From Candidatus Saccharimonadota bacterium (GTDB lineage Bacteria > Bacillota_I > Bacilli_A > Mycoplasmatales > Hepatoplasmataceae): DNA of 32,000 bases. The position numbers were made by a program, and so were the translations under genes. Positions 19,150 through 29,583 of the stretch are shown piece after piece (the first letter of the stretch is position 1; each line of letters starts with the position of its first letter). The stretch is taken from positions 390,001 to 422,000 of the forward strand of contig AP027131.1 in the NCBI GenBank assembly GCA_027925225.1, written 5' to 3'. The notes under the pieces were generated by a model that saw only the letters and a list, made by a program, of their open reading frames with translations, did no database searches and had not been told where the DNA came from.

Positions 19150-20736
19150 ATGAACACACACATGAATAAAAATTTTAATAATTTAACAAATTTTAATGAT
19201 TTAGATAAAAGTACACAAATAGCAATCTATGTTTTAGTTTTTCTTTTAGCAATTTTTTTATTATTACTATTGTTTGTCATTATTTCTAAAATAAGAAAAA
19301 ATAAAAAAACAAAAGAATATCAAGAAGTAAACCAAGAAATACAACAAAAAACTGTTGAAAGCGAAAATTTTACTGTAGGATCAAACGTTAGTGAAAATGC
19401 CGAAAAAAATAGACGCAGAGAAGAAGAAATTGCCAAGGAAAAACTAATACCAACAGCAGATGCATTGGGAATTGAAAATCCAATGCAATATTCTTTTTCA
19501 AGATTAGAACAATTAATAATGATGGCTGAACTTAAAGGAAAAAGAAAACCTCAAGAACAAAGCCCTTCAGAAACAAAGGAAGTTTTACAAGAACAAAAAC
19601 CAATTCCTGAACCTGAGCAAAAAATTCAACAAGAACAAAAACCAATTCCTGAACCTGAGCAAAAAAAAGAACAAGAGCAACCTTTAAAAACAAAAAAACA
19701 AGATTCAACACATCACCAAGTTTTTGATGACAAAGAATTGCAAAAAATATTAGACATACAATTAAAAAATCAAGTATTAATAACTAATTATGAAAAAAGT
19801 ATAAAAGGAATTTTAAAAGAAATAAATGATAGCACTAATAAAAAAGAAGAAGGAGAAGGAGAAGAAAAAGAATCTCCAGAACGTAACGAACGCTTCTCTG
19901 AATTTGCTAAATTATTTATAGAAGACAGAAAAATCAAAGAAAACAATAATAGTAATCACAATAATCATGGAATAAATGAAAAAGAAAACAAATCTCTTGA
20001 AAAATTAATTAAAAAAAATGAAATGCTTGAGGAAGAAATTTCAAAAATAAAAAGAGAAAGTTTTGATAATGAAAAAAGAAGATTTCAAGATGACTTTGAA
20101 AGAAAACAAGCGCAATTACAAAATGAAAGAAAAATGTTAGAAAATGAACGTATTAATATACAACAAAGACGTTTTGCTGATGAAATAGAAAGTAAAATAA
20201 TGAATAAAATTGCTTTTCAAACTTCCGAAATAAGACAAATGGCAAATATGATGAAAAGTAATAATAATAAAAATGAATACACAGATAATTCAAATGCAAA
20301 TGTAAATAATGAAAACATTTTAAAAACAATAGAGATAGAACTTGACAAATTATCAAGAAAAATGGATTATTATGATAAAAAAAGTGAAATAGAAAATAAT
20401 TATGCAATAGAAGGAAAATTTGAAAAAAAATCAAGTAAAAATTTAAATGAAAATTCAAGAACAAATTCAAAACAAAAAGAAAATCATTTAGTTTCAAAAA
20501 AATCTAATTTTGATGATAGTGAATTTAATTATGATCTTGATAATAAAAATTTTTACGAAAACATAGACTCTGAAAATTCAAATAATATTAATAAAAAAAC
20601 AACTCAAAAAAATAACAAATCACATCAAAAAAAGGATAATAATGATGAATTAAATCAAGAAAATGATAAATTACTTGAAACGATTGAAATAGAATTAGAT
20701 TTATTAAATAAAATTCTGAAAGAAAATAAAAAATAG
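19150..20736 (+). CDS. Hypothetical membrane-anchored coiled-coil, low-complexity protein (528 aa) immediately downstream of ftsZ
   Basis: Uninterrupted ORF. It has one TM helix near the N-terminus (IAIYVLVFLLAIFLLLLLFVIIS), a P/E/Q-rich repeat, long K/E/R/Q coiled-coil stretches, and a duplicated TIEIELD.L motif. Confidence 0.6.
   Translation: MNTHMNKNFNNLTNFNDLDKSTQIAIYVLVFLLAIFLLLLLFVIISKIRKNKKTKEYQEVNQEIQQKTVESENFTVGSNVSENAEKNRRREEEIAKEKLIPTADALGIENPMQYSFSRLEQLIMMAELKGKRKPQEQSPSETKEVLQEQKPIPEPEQKIQQEQKPIPEPEQKKEQEQPLKTKKQDSTHHQVFDDKELQKILDIQLKNQVLITNYEKSIKGILKEINDSTNKKEEGEGEEKESPERNERFSEFAKLFIEDRKIKENNNSNHNNHGINEKENKSLEKLIKKNEMLEEEISKIKRESFDNEKRRFQDDFERKQAQLQNERKMLENERINIQQRRFADEIESKIMNKIAFQTSEIRQMANMMKSNNNKNEYTDNSNANVNNENILKTIEIELDKLSRKMDYYDKKSEIENNYAIEGKFEKKSSKNLNENSRTNSKQKENHLVSKKSNFDDSEFNYDLDNKNFYENIDSENSNNINKKTTQKNNKSHQKKDNNDELNQENDKLLETIEIELDLLNKILKENKK
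19588..19666 (+). repeat. Two copies of a 37-bp unit with a 42-bp period inside the CDS
   Basis: CAAGAACAAAAACCAATTCCTGAACCTGAGCAAAAAA occurs at 19588-19624 and 19630-19666. It encodes QEQKPIPEPEQK twice. Confidence 0.9.
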
Positions 20737-20745
20737 TATTTGTGT

Positions 20746-21168
20746 ATGTCGATAGAAAAAATTATTCAACAAATTAAAGAGTTGAATAATAAAATAGAGA
20801 AAAAAATAAATAACAAAAAAGAAGAAGAAGAATATTTACTCAATTCATTAAAAGAGAGAAATATCTTTTTAAATGATTTAAGAGAAAAAAATAAAATACT
20901 TATTTCTAAAATACAGAGCAATAAATATGAACTAACTAATCTAAAAAATCAATTAAAATACAAAAATAAAATTGAAGAAAAGAAAATTTTTAAGTATTAT
21001 AAAAAATTAAATGAAATAATAGAAAATATAAAACAAACAAAAGAAAAGGAAAAAAAATTTGAAAGAGAATTTCATATTTTAGAACAATTATCTAGCATAA
21101 AAAAAGAAGAAGATTATAAGAAAATAAGCAATGATTTAGATGAAATGCTTGGAAAAATTGGTTTATAA
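20746..21168 (+). CDS. Hypothetical small coiled-coil protein (~140 aa)
   Basis: ORF from ATG 20746 (the ORF track uses TTG 20740). It is entirely K/E/N-rich with heptad-like character and has no TM segment. It is packed tightly between the 528-aa protein (9-nt gap) and nadE (2-nt gap). Confidence 0.5.
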   Translation: MSIEKIIQQIKELNNKIEKKINNKKEEEEYLLNSLKERNIFLNDLREKNKILISKIQSNKYELTNLKNQLKYKNKIEEKKIFKYYKKLNEIIENIKQTKEKEKKFEREFHILEQLSSIKKEEDYKKISNDLDEMLGKIGL

Positions 21169-21170
21169 AA

Positions 21171-21881
21171 ATGAATAATGAAATAAATAAGATAATTGTT
21201 TGAATAAAAGAGGAAGTAAAAAAAGCAAATGCAAAGGGTGTTATTGTGGCAACATCAGGAGGCATAGATTCAACGGTTTTACTTTCACTTGCAAAAAAAG
21301 CTTTTCCCAATAATACTTTTGCTCTTTGAATAGATATTTATTCTTCCTTAAATTTTAAAAAATTAGCAAGAGAACAAATTAAAAAAAATAATGTCAATTT
21401 TAAGGAGATTAATTTAGGAAAGTTTTTTGATAATTTTTTAAAAGAAATAAAAATAGATGAATTAGATAATACTTCTAAAGCAAATTTAAAGGCCAGAATA
21501 AGAATGATTACAATTTATACTTATGCTAGTAAATTAAATTATTTAGTGCTTGGAAGCACAAATGCAATTGAATATTATTTAGGATATTTTACAAAATGAG
21601 GGGATGGATGCGCTGATCTTTATCCTCTTTTAAAATATAAAAAATCAGAAGTAAGAGAGTTAGCAAAAGAATTAAACATTGAAGAAAAAATAATAAATTT
21701 ATCCCCTTCAGCAGATTTATATCCAAATCAAACAGATGAAAAAGAACTTGGTTTTTCTTACAAAGAAGTAGAAGATTTTTTATCTGGGAAAGAAATTGAA
21801 GAAAAAATTGAAGAAAAAATAATAAAAATGCATAAAAATACTGAACATAAAAGAAAAAATTTAATTAATTATTTTAAATAA
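21171..21881 (+). CDS. nadE: NH3-dependent NAD+ synthetase
   Basis: Read with TGA=Trp (236 aa). Motifs: PP-loop ATSGGIDS, KANLKARIRM, LVLGSTNAIEYYLGYFTKWGDGCADLYPL and SADLYPNQTDEKELG. It is absent from the ORF track because of TGA codons. Confidence 0.9.
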
Positions 21882-21892
21882 ATTACTAAAAT

Positions 21893-22717
21893 TTATTTTC
21901 TTTTTTTAGATTTAATAATTTTTGCTTTTTTATATTTATTTTTATAAACTTTGCTTTTTTTAGGTTCAATAATTTCAATTTTTTCATTTTTATTTTTGTG
22001 ATTTTTTATTTTTTTTAGTTCAGTGATTTCTATTATTTCATTTTTATTTTCATGATTTAAAAAAGACTTAATGTTTTTATAATGTCTTAAAGTAACAAGA
22101 GCAGATATTGAAAATCCTAAAAATATTAAGTCTCAATTTTCTGTTCAATCAAATGTAATCGCATCAAAAGTATCAATATAAATTTGCATTACTAATAAAC
22201 ATGCTACAAAAAATGTACTTAAAATTGAAGCAATAAAAACTTTTTTATTTGTTAAATAGAAAGCTAAAAGAAAAAATAAGCCTCCAAGTGCTGAAAAAAA
22301 GAAATTTAAAACCGTAAATATACCAAATGCAGTTGCAACTCCTTTTCCACCCTTAAACTTAAAATAAACGGGTCAACAATGACCAATTAAAACAAACAAT
22401 AAAGCTATACATATTGAAGCATCAGTAAAAATCCTTACGCCATATTGTGTACCTATAAATTCTGCTAAAAAAGTAAAAAGAAGAGCAGCAAAAATTCCTT
22501 TTAAAAAATCAAAGGAGAAAACTAAAATAAAACCTGTTCTTCCAAAGATCCTACCAGCATTTGTTGCTCCATAATTTTTTGAGCCCCTTTTTCCTAAATC
22601 ATAATTTTTTTGCCTTGATAAAATCTGTCCCATATTAAAAGAACCAATTAAATATCCTATTATAATAAAAATTAGAGTTCCTACAACTGATTGTCAAGAA
22701 CTTAGAACAGAATCCAT
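21893..22717 (-). CDS. plsY: Glycerol-3-phosphate acyltransferase PlsY with a ~70-aa Lys-rich C-terminal tail
   Basis: ATG at 22715-22717 (minus strand), in frame with ORF 22373..22633(-). I translated it fully by hand through TGA codons to TAA at 21893-21895. Motifs: GSKNYGATNAGR, FDFLKG and GHCWPVYFKFKGGKGVAT. Confidence 0.9.
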
Positions 22718-22793
22718 AAATAATAAATATAAAATAAACTAACTATATTTTATCATTTACTTCTTTTAATATTTTTTAAATATACTTTTAATA

Positions 22794-24110
22794 ATGATTA
22801 CAATTAAAAAAATAATTTTTACAATAGATTTTGATGCATTCTTTGCTCAAGCAGAAGAAAAAAGAAATCTTAATTATTTAAATAAACCAATTGGAATTGG
22901 TTATTTTTTAAATGGAAAGGGAGTTTTATTAACTTGTAATTACCCCGCAAGAAATAAAGGAATAAAAGGGGGAGAACCGATTTATAAAGCTCTAAAATTA
23001 GAATCAAATTTAATTATTGTTGAACCAGATTATGATTATTATTCAGATCTTTCAGAAAAAATATTTTCTATTATAAGTAAATATTCTTCTAAAATAGAAA
23101 TTGCTTCAATTGATGAATGTTATATTGATGTAACAAATAAAATTAAGCAATATGAAAATCCAATTTTTTATGCAAAGAAAATTCAACAGGAAATTTTTAA
23201 TAAAATGCATATTACAGTTTCCATAGGAATAAGTGAAAATAAAATTCTTTCAAAAATAGCTTCTTCATTTAACAAGCCTTTTGGAATTACAACTTTATTT
23301 CAACACGAAATAAAAGAAAAACTTTGAAATTTAGATTTAGAAAAAATGTACGGAATTGGATTTAGAACTGCAATTAAATTTAAAAAACTAAAAATAAATA
23401 AAATAGGAGAAATAGCCAACTTAAAAGAAGATTCAATAGAATATCAAAAACTTAGAAAAGAAATTGGAATTAATTTAACCGAATTAATAAAAAGAGCAAA
23501 TGGAATTGACAATAGAGAAATAAAGAGTGGTTATCATTTTGTAAAATCTCTTTCTCATGTTAAAACATTTGAACATTCAATAGAAGATTATAATGTTTTA
23601 AAAAATGAAGTTTTTCAAATTTGTGAAAAATTAGTAAAAAGTTTGGAATATAGAAATTTATATTGTAAAGTTGTAGCAATTCAAATGAAAAATAATTACA
23701 CAACTCGATATATTAATTTTAAAGAGGAAAAATTTAGATTAAAAGATTATCAAACTAAACAAAAAACCTTAAAAAATCCAACAAATAATATTGAAATAAT
23801 TTTTTCGGAAATAATTTCTATTTTAGATCAATGATACAAAGATAGTATCAATGTGACTTACATTGGTGTAAAAGTTACTAATTTTGTTGAAAAATTTTAT
23901 TATGGGAAAAAGCAATTTATAGATGAAAAAATTGAAGAATTAAAAAATCCAACTTTGAAAAATAGCGAAACAACAACAATAATAAATTATTTAAATCAAA
24001 AAATAGGAAAAGAAGTTTTTTTTACTGCATATAGTTATAAAAAAATTAAAAGATTTCATGATAAATCTTTTTCAAAAAAAGACTCAATAAAATTCAAAAG
24101 ATGAGAATAA
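22794..24110 (+). CDS. dinB: Y-family DNA polymerase IV
   Basis: Three same-frame ORFs (22794, 23346, 23853) are joined by TGA codons, ending at TAA 24108-24110 (438 aa). Motifs: IDFDAFFAQAE, SIDECYIDVT, SIGISENKILSKIASSFNKPFG and MYGIGFRT. Confidence 0.9.
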
Positions 24111-24173
24111 TTTTAAAATAGATTTATCATTATCTTTTTAAATTGATAAAATTATTAAAAGTTTAATTTTAAA

Positions 24174-25535
24174 ATGGCAGAAAAATCAAAAGCAAGAAAA
24201 AAGATTACTAGCAAATCTTCAGAAAAAAATTTTTGACAAAATCAAAAGTTTTGATTAATATTTTATATATTTTTATTTGTATTTGGTGTTTTCTTTTTTA
24301 CATCACTTGGTTCATATACAAAAAGAGATGTTGGTCCAAATAATATATTTCAAGCAAGCGCAATGGGAGAAACATTTTTTGCAGCAGGATCAACCGATTG
24401 ATTTTTAATAGCAAATAATAGTTTTATTGTTTTAATGCTAATTACACCAATTGTAAGTTTTGTATGAATAAAATTAAAACAAAAAAGAGAACTTAATATT
24501 GAAAACCTAAAAATATTAAGGAATGGGTATTTTTTAATATTTGCTTTTACAATTGTTATTTTTGCATTTGAATCAATTTCATTAATTGCTTTTGCAAATA
24601 ATTATTTATCTATTGAAGTAAATTTACAAAATCAAACTATTTCTCTATTAAATAGAAAAACTGCCGATACTATATTTGCTGGTATATATTTTTTAGGAGT
24701 TATTTTATTATTTGTAGGAACAATTTTTTGCATATTTAAATATAAAAAAATTAAAAAATTTGATGCTTATGAAAGTGTTTTTAGATTTACGGCAGTTATT
24801 CTATTGGGAATAACAATGCTACAACTAATGCTTGCTGCATTTGGTGCTGGCGCTTTAGGACTTAATTCTGCCTTTTATAATATTAATGTAATTGATGTTC
24901 AAGGAAATTCTAGTAATTTTATGGATTGATACAATCAAGTGCCCCCTGTATTTATACCAAATGGTTTAGAGAATCTTATTTCACAATTACAAGATATGGT
25001 AGGTAACAAAGGTAGCTTTTGAGGGGTAAATAATAATTGAGCAGGTTATATAATTTTTTCACTATTAATAATTGGAATACTTTATGCAATTTACTTTTTA
25101 TTTAAAAATATAATAAAAATTAAAAAAAATACTTATAAAGAAGATAAAAATTTATTTGAAGCCTTTGTAGTGCTTACTGTAATTGTTTTTGCATTTTATT
25201 TTATAGATAGATATATTGTTGTATTTATTGATCATGGAAATTGAAATCCAAATTTATTTAATGGATTAATAATTAAAACTTTTGCAAATGATTATTACGG
25301 TACTGTTTACTTTTGAATTATGTTTGTTTTACTTCCGCTTATTTCAATTGGGGCAGCACTTCTTGTTTATAAACCTTCAAGAGAATTAATAGAAGATAAA
25401 TTTGAATTTTTAGAAGAAGAAATAAAAGAAGGTTACCAAGAAAATTTTCCTCATCCTTTTCACCACCAAAATAAATCCTTAAATTCAAAAAACAAAGAAA
25501 AATCTCCCGATAAAACCAAAGAAAAAAATAGTTAG
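24174..25535 (+). CDS. Hypothetical polytopic membrane protein (453 aa)
   Basis: One frame runs from ATG 24174 to TAG at 25533-25535 with about 10 TGA=Trp codons. It has at least 8 hydrophobic segments and a charged C-terminal tail. I recognise no family. Confidence 0.55.
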
Positions 25536-25606
25536 AAAAATAAGAATAAAAATAAATAAAAGAATAATTTAAACACATGTATTGATTATTCTTTTATTTA
25601 TTTTTA

Positions 25607-26837
25607 ATGACAATTATTTTAATTTATGGACTTTTCTTAAATTCAATAATATTTTTAATATTTTTCTTATTATTTTTTTTATATTTATTATTTATAAATC
25701 TTAAATATTTAATTTTATTGTTTTTTATTTTTCCAATTATTATTAATTTAAATTCTGTTATAAATCAAAATATAAATAATAATTATTATCATCAAGGAGT
25801 TATAACAAAAACATATAATAACTCTTTTATCGTAAAAGAAAACAATAATTTCTATTATATTTATTCAACAGAAAATATTTATGTTGGGGATATTATTTTT
25901 TTTCAAGGAAATTATGTAAAAATAAATGAAATAGATGATTTTTCTTTGTTTTTAATAAGCAATAAGGTTTTATACACCGGTAAAGAAATAAGTAATATAA
26001 AAATATTAAAAGAAAAAAAATCAATAAGAAATAACAAAATAAAAAACTTAAAAGAAAGCTCTTCAAAATATGCAGACTATACCCTTTTGCTTATTTTTAA
26101 AAAAGAAAATGAAAATAATAAATATCTTTTAAATAATTTTAATAAATTAGGAATAGAGCATTTATTTGTAATTTCTGGATTTCATATAGGAATTATTTAT
26201 TTATTTACTTTTTATATTTCTAAACCATTTATTAAAAAGAAAATTATTTTACAAATAATCGCTTCTACAATTTCTTTTTATTTTCTTTATCTTACATTTT
26301 TCCCAGTATCGGGAATTAGAGCATGAATTTATAGAAATATAGAATCATCAAAAAATAATGAGTAAAAATAATTCTCTTACTTTTACAGCATTAATAATGC
26401 TTTTATTAAATCCATTTTTTGCTTTTTCAATTTCCTTAATACTTTCATTTTCAATAACTTTTTTAATAATTAATATTAATCAAACAATATGAAGTAAAAA
26501 GAAAAAAACAATTTATACTTCTTTGTTTTCTTTTTTATTAGCTTCTTCTTTAATTACAATTTGAAATCAAACAATTAATCTTTTTGCACCATTTTTAACA
26601 ATAATTTGTTCACCATTTATTATTATTCTTTATACATTTATATTGATTTTTTTGCCATTTAAATTTTTGTGAATTTATTTAAACTTTTTCTTTTTGTTAT
26701 TTGATTTATTTTTTTATTTATTATCCTTTATTTATTTACCACTTTTAATTCCAATTTTTCCACTTATATTGCATTTTATTATTTTTATATTACTTTTTTA
26801 TTTTTTAATTAAAATAATAAAAAAGAAAAAAAATTAA
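25607..26837 (+). pseudogene. comEC: ComEC/Rec2-family DNA-internalisation membrane protein, interrupted by a +1 frame change (two ORFs: 25607..26365 and 26358..26837)
   Basis: The N-terminal part has TM helices, an OB-like segment (YVGDIIFFQGNYVKI) and the ComEC core LGIEHLFVISGFHIG ... FPVSGIRA. The frame stops at TAA 26363-26365. The +1 frame continues with the expected downstream ComEC segment LTFTALIMLLLNPFFAFSISLILSF. The junction lies at an A6 run (26350-26355). Confidence 0.7.
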
Positions 26838-27334
26838 ATAATTATATTTTAATTGCATAAAAAAATTATTTTTATACATAGGGCAGCAAAAAATTAATAT
26901 GATGCTGATTTAAAAATAAAATTTAAATAAAATAAAAATTAATCTTAAAAAAAATAATAAAAATTTATTAAATAATTTCTTAATCTATATTAATATATTT
27001 GTAAAAGAAATTTTAAATTTAGATCCCATGTATAAATATATTTTTAAATCAAATCTATAAAACCAATCTAAATTAAATAAAAATTATAATTAACCAATTT
27101 TATTTATATCAAATATTAAATTTTTCTTTTGTGATAGATAAATCAAAATAAAAATATAATCTTATATATTTTAAAAAAAGCAAAGAAAAATTAAAAATAT
27201 TTATAAAACAAATATTTTTAATTTTTATATTATAAGAAAAGATAAATTTAAATTTTTAAAAATAATTTAAATAAAATTTTAATAAGTAGTGATTTAAAAA
27301 AGTTATTTTTGTAACATTAAATAATAATCATTAC

Positions 27335-27368
27335 ATTTCAAAACTGTTAATAATAACAGTTTTGAAAT
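27335..27368. repeat. Perfect palindrome/hairpin with 15-bp arms and a 4-nt loop
   Basis: ATTTCAAAACTGTTA (27335-27349), loop ATAA, then TAACAGTTTTGAAAT (27354-27368). It lies 145 nt upstream of the surface-protein gene start. Confidence 0.9.
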
Positions 27369-27389
27369 TCTAAATTACATAAATATAAT
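27362..27389 (+). promoter_or_regulatory. Candidate promoter for surface-protein gene A; the -35 box lies inside the palindrome arm
   Basis: TTGAAA (27362-27367), a 16-nt spacer, then TATAAT (27384-27389). Chance matches are frequent in DNA this AT-rich. Confidence 0.35.
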
Positions 27390-27512
27390 TATCACTATAA
27401 AATTAATTATTTATAGTTTTTTTTAAAATAAAAAAGTTTATTTTTTTATTTTTAATTTAAATTGTATAATAAATGTTTTTATTTATTTTAAAAATAATAT
27501 AATTTATATATT

Positions 27513-29438
27513 ATGAAAAAAAATTTACTTGTAATTATTTTTTTACCAATAATATTTTTTTTACAAAATTTTATTTTTTTAAATAAAAATGTAGAATGTA
27601 ATTATTTATCAAAAAATAATTCTATTTTAGTTACAGAAGAACAAAATCCTTATATAGAGAGCGGACCAATAATTTGGTATCCAAATGAAGAAGAAGATAG
27701 CATAAATTTTGAACTTTCAATACATGACAATGATAGTCATGATTTTTTTACAAAAGTAAAAAATGAAGATGGTATTAGCATGTATATAATTGATTACTAC
27801 GTAGATGAAATAACTGCAGTTTCTGCTTATTCTACTTTTGAATGTATTAATATGCCAGTGAATCCAGTTGATAATTATAAATATATTTTTGAGATAGATA
27901 TGGGTGATTTTGCATTAGAAAACTATGATAGTCCTTATACAAATTGAGAATATGATAGTACATATTCTTTAAATTATATAAAATCTAATATTCTTGCAGT
28001 AGATAGTTATTACAATGTACCTACTGAAGAACTTTATTTTTCAGATTTTGGGGTAATTAATAGAGATTTCCAAACAACAATTTTTAATCCTTATATTGTA
28101 GGAAAAAGTGGATTTGAAATTTTAAATACGAATGTAAATTCAGTTCAATTTCAAATTAAAGCAATAAATGATTATGAAGAAAATTATGATTTTGAAAACA
28201 GCACTTTTAATATAAAATTAAATAATATTGATAGTGGCGAAGAAATAAATACAACCGCCATTTATGTAGGAACTGGAGAAGAAAAAAATACATATATTTA
28301 TGAAATAAATGGTTTAACTCCTAATACAAATTATGAAATTCTTTCTTTAGATAATACAAATCTTTCTGCACTTAGTCCATATTATGAGAATGACTCTTCA
28401 ATTTCAATTAGTGATTCTTTTGAAAATGGAGGTTTAAATTCAAATGGTTCTTTTTATACAATTAATGAAAATAATCCTTACATTGAAGAAAGAGGATTTG
28501 ATATTTTAACTACAACAGAAAATTCAGTAGAATTTCAAATAGCTGTAATTGAAAATAAAGATATTAGTTTTGATCCAAAAAATTCATTAAATGTAACAAT
28601 AAATGATTCTCTAGGGAATTCAATAAATAAAACAGCAAATTATATCGAAGAAGAAAGCTCTGGAAATAATTATGTTTATGAAATAACAGGCCTTGAAGAA
28701 GGAACAAGTTATGAAATTATTTCTTTAAATAATACTGGACTTGCTGTTGGAAACAATTTAAATGAAATTGATAATGAAATTTTAATAAAAGATGATTTGG
28801 GAGCAGAAGGAAATTTTATAACATTGAATAATAATCCATATATTGAGACCGGTACTAATAGTGGCTTTGAAATTATAAGTTATACAGAAACAACTGTAAC
28901 TTATACAATTACTGTTTATAATAAAAAACCAAATGAAAATATTGATGTTACATTAACATTAAATGAAAATAATTTAATATCCCCTAAAATTAACAATAAT
29001 TTAACAGAAACAAAAACATACTCATCACATCTTATAGATTCTGATGAGGAAAATAATAAATATACATATGAAGTTACAAATTTAAATGATAATACTGATT
29101 ATACTTTTTATTCTTTAGATAACAGTGGACTTGCAATTGGAAGTAGTTCTGAAGAAATTGATGATCAAATAATACTTACTGATGAATTATTCGTTAATCC
29201 AAATTTATTATTTTTTAAAACATATGAAAGCAAAATTCCAAATTATGTTTGAATAATTTTAATAATTTTTCTAATTATAATTATTTTTATAGGTATTTTA
29301 TTACTTCTAAGAACAATAAATAAAAATAAAGAAAAAAAAATAGATAGAGAAATTAATAATTTAGCAGGAGAAAGAATTAACAAAAAAGTAATTAAAAATA
29401 AAAAAAATAAAAAAAATAAAAAAAATTATTTTGGGTAG
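27513..29438 (+). CDS. Modular repeat surface protein A (641 aa): signal peptide, N-terminal domain, three ~120-130-aa repeat modules, C-terminal TM anchor and Lys-rich tail
   Basis: ORFs 27513..27947 and 28797..29252 are in one frame, and the frame stays open between them and after them via TGA=Trp, ending at TAG 29436-29438. Modules start at NPYI motifs (28086, 28473, 28833). The TM anchor is WIILIIFLIIIIFIGILLLL. Confidence 0.8.
28801..29378 (+). repeat. 578-nt block, near-identical copy of 31423..32000 (3' parts of genes A and B)
   Basis: In my hand alignment at a constant offset of 2622 nt I counted 21 mismatches and no indels over 578 nt. Twelve of those fall in the last 500 nt. The block covers module 3, the stalk, the TM anchor and the start of the tail. 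Confidence 0.9.
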
Positions 29439-29443
29439 GTAAT

Positions 29444-29471
29444 TCTGAAAATAATTATGTTTATGAAATAA
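29444..29471 (+). repeat. 28-nt relic of the module-2 core in non-coding DNA just after the gene A stop
   Basis: TCTGAAAATAATTATGTTTATGAAATAA matches the coding segment TCTGGAAATAATTATGTTTATGAAATAA (SGNNYVYEIT; present in A at about 28660 and twice in B) at 27 of 28 positions. Confidence 0.8.
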
Positions 29472-29583
29472 AAAAACTCAAAAAAATAATTATAAATTTT
29501 TTAAAATAAATATTATTTATTAAATTGAAGCTTATACTAAACTTAATTTAGAAAATTATAAGTTATAAAAATATAATTTTTCA

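Noticed and set aside
26877-26915. A small GC-containing patch (CATAGGGCAGCAAAAAATTAATATGATGCTG) in the long spacer as a possible small RNA or tRNA fragment.
   Set aside because: It offers only a 5-bp stem (CAGCA/TGCTG) with a 15-nt loop, and shows no tRNA-like cloverleaf or known motif.
29400-29426. An (A8T)x3 tract at the 3' end of gene A as a phase-variation site.
   Set aside because: It lies within the last 13 codons, in the cytoplasmic KKN tail. Slippage would change only a few terminal residues, so an ON/OFF role is unlikely. It is noted only as a low-complexity feature.
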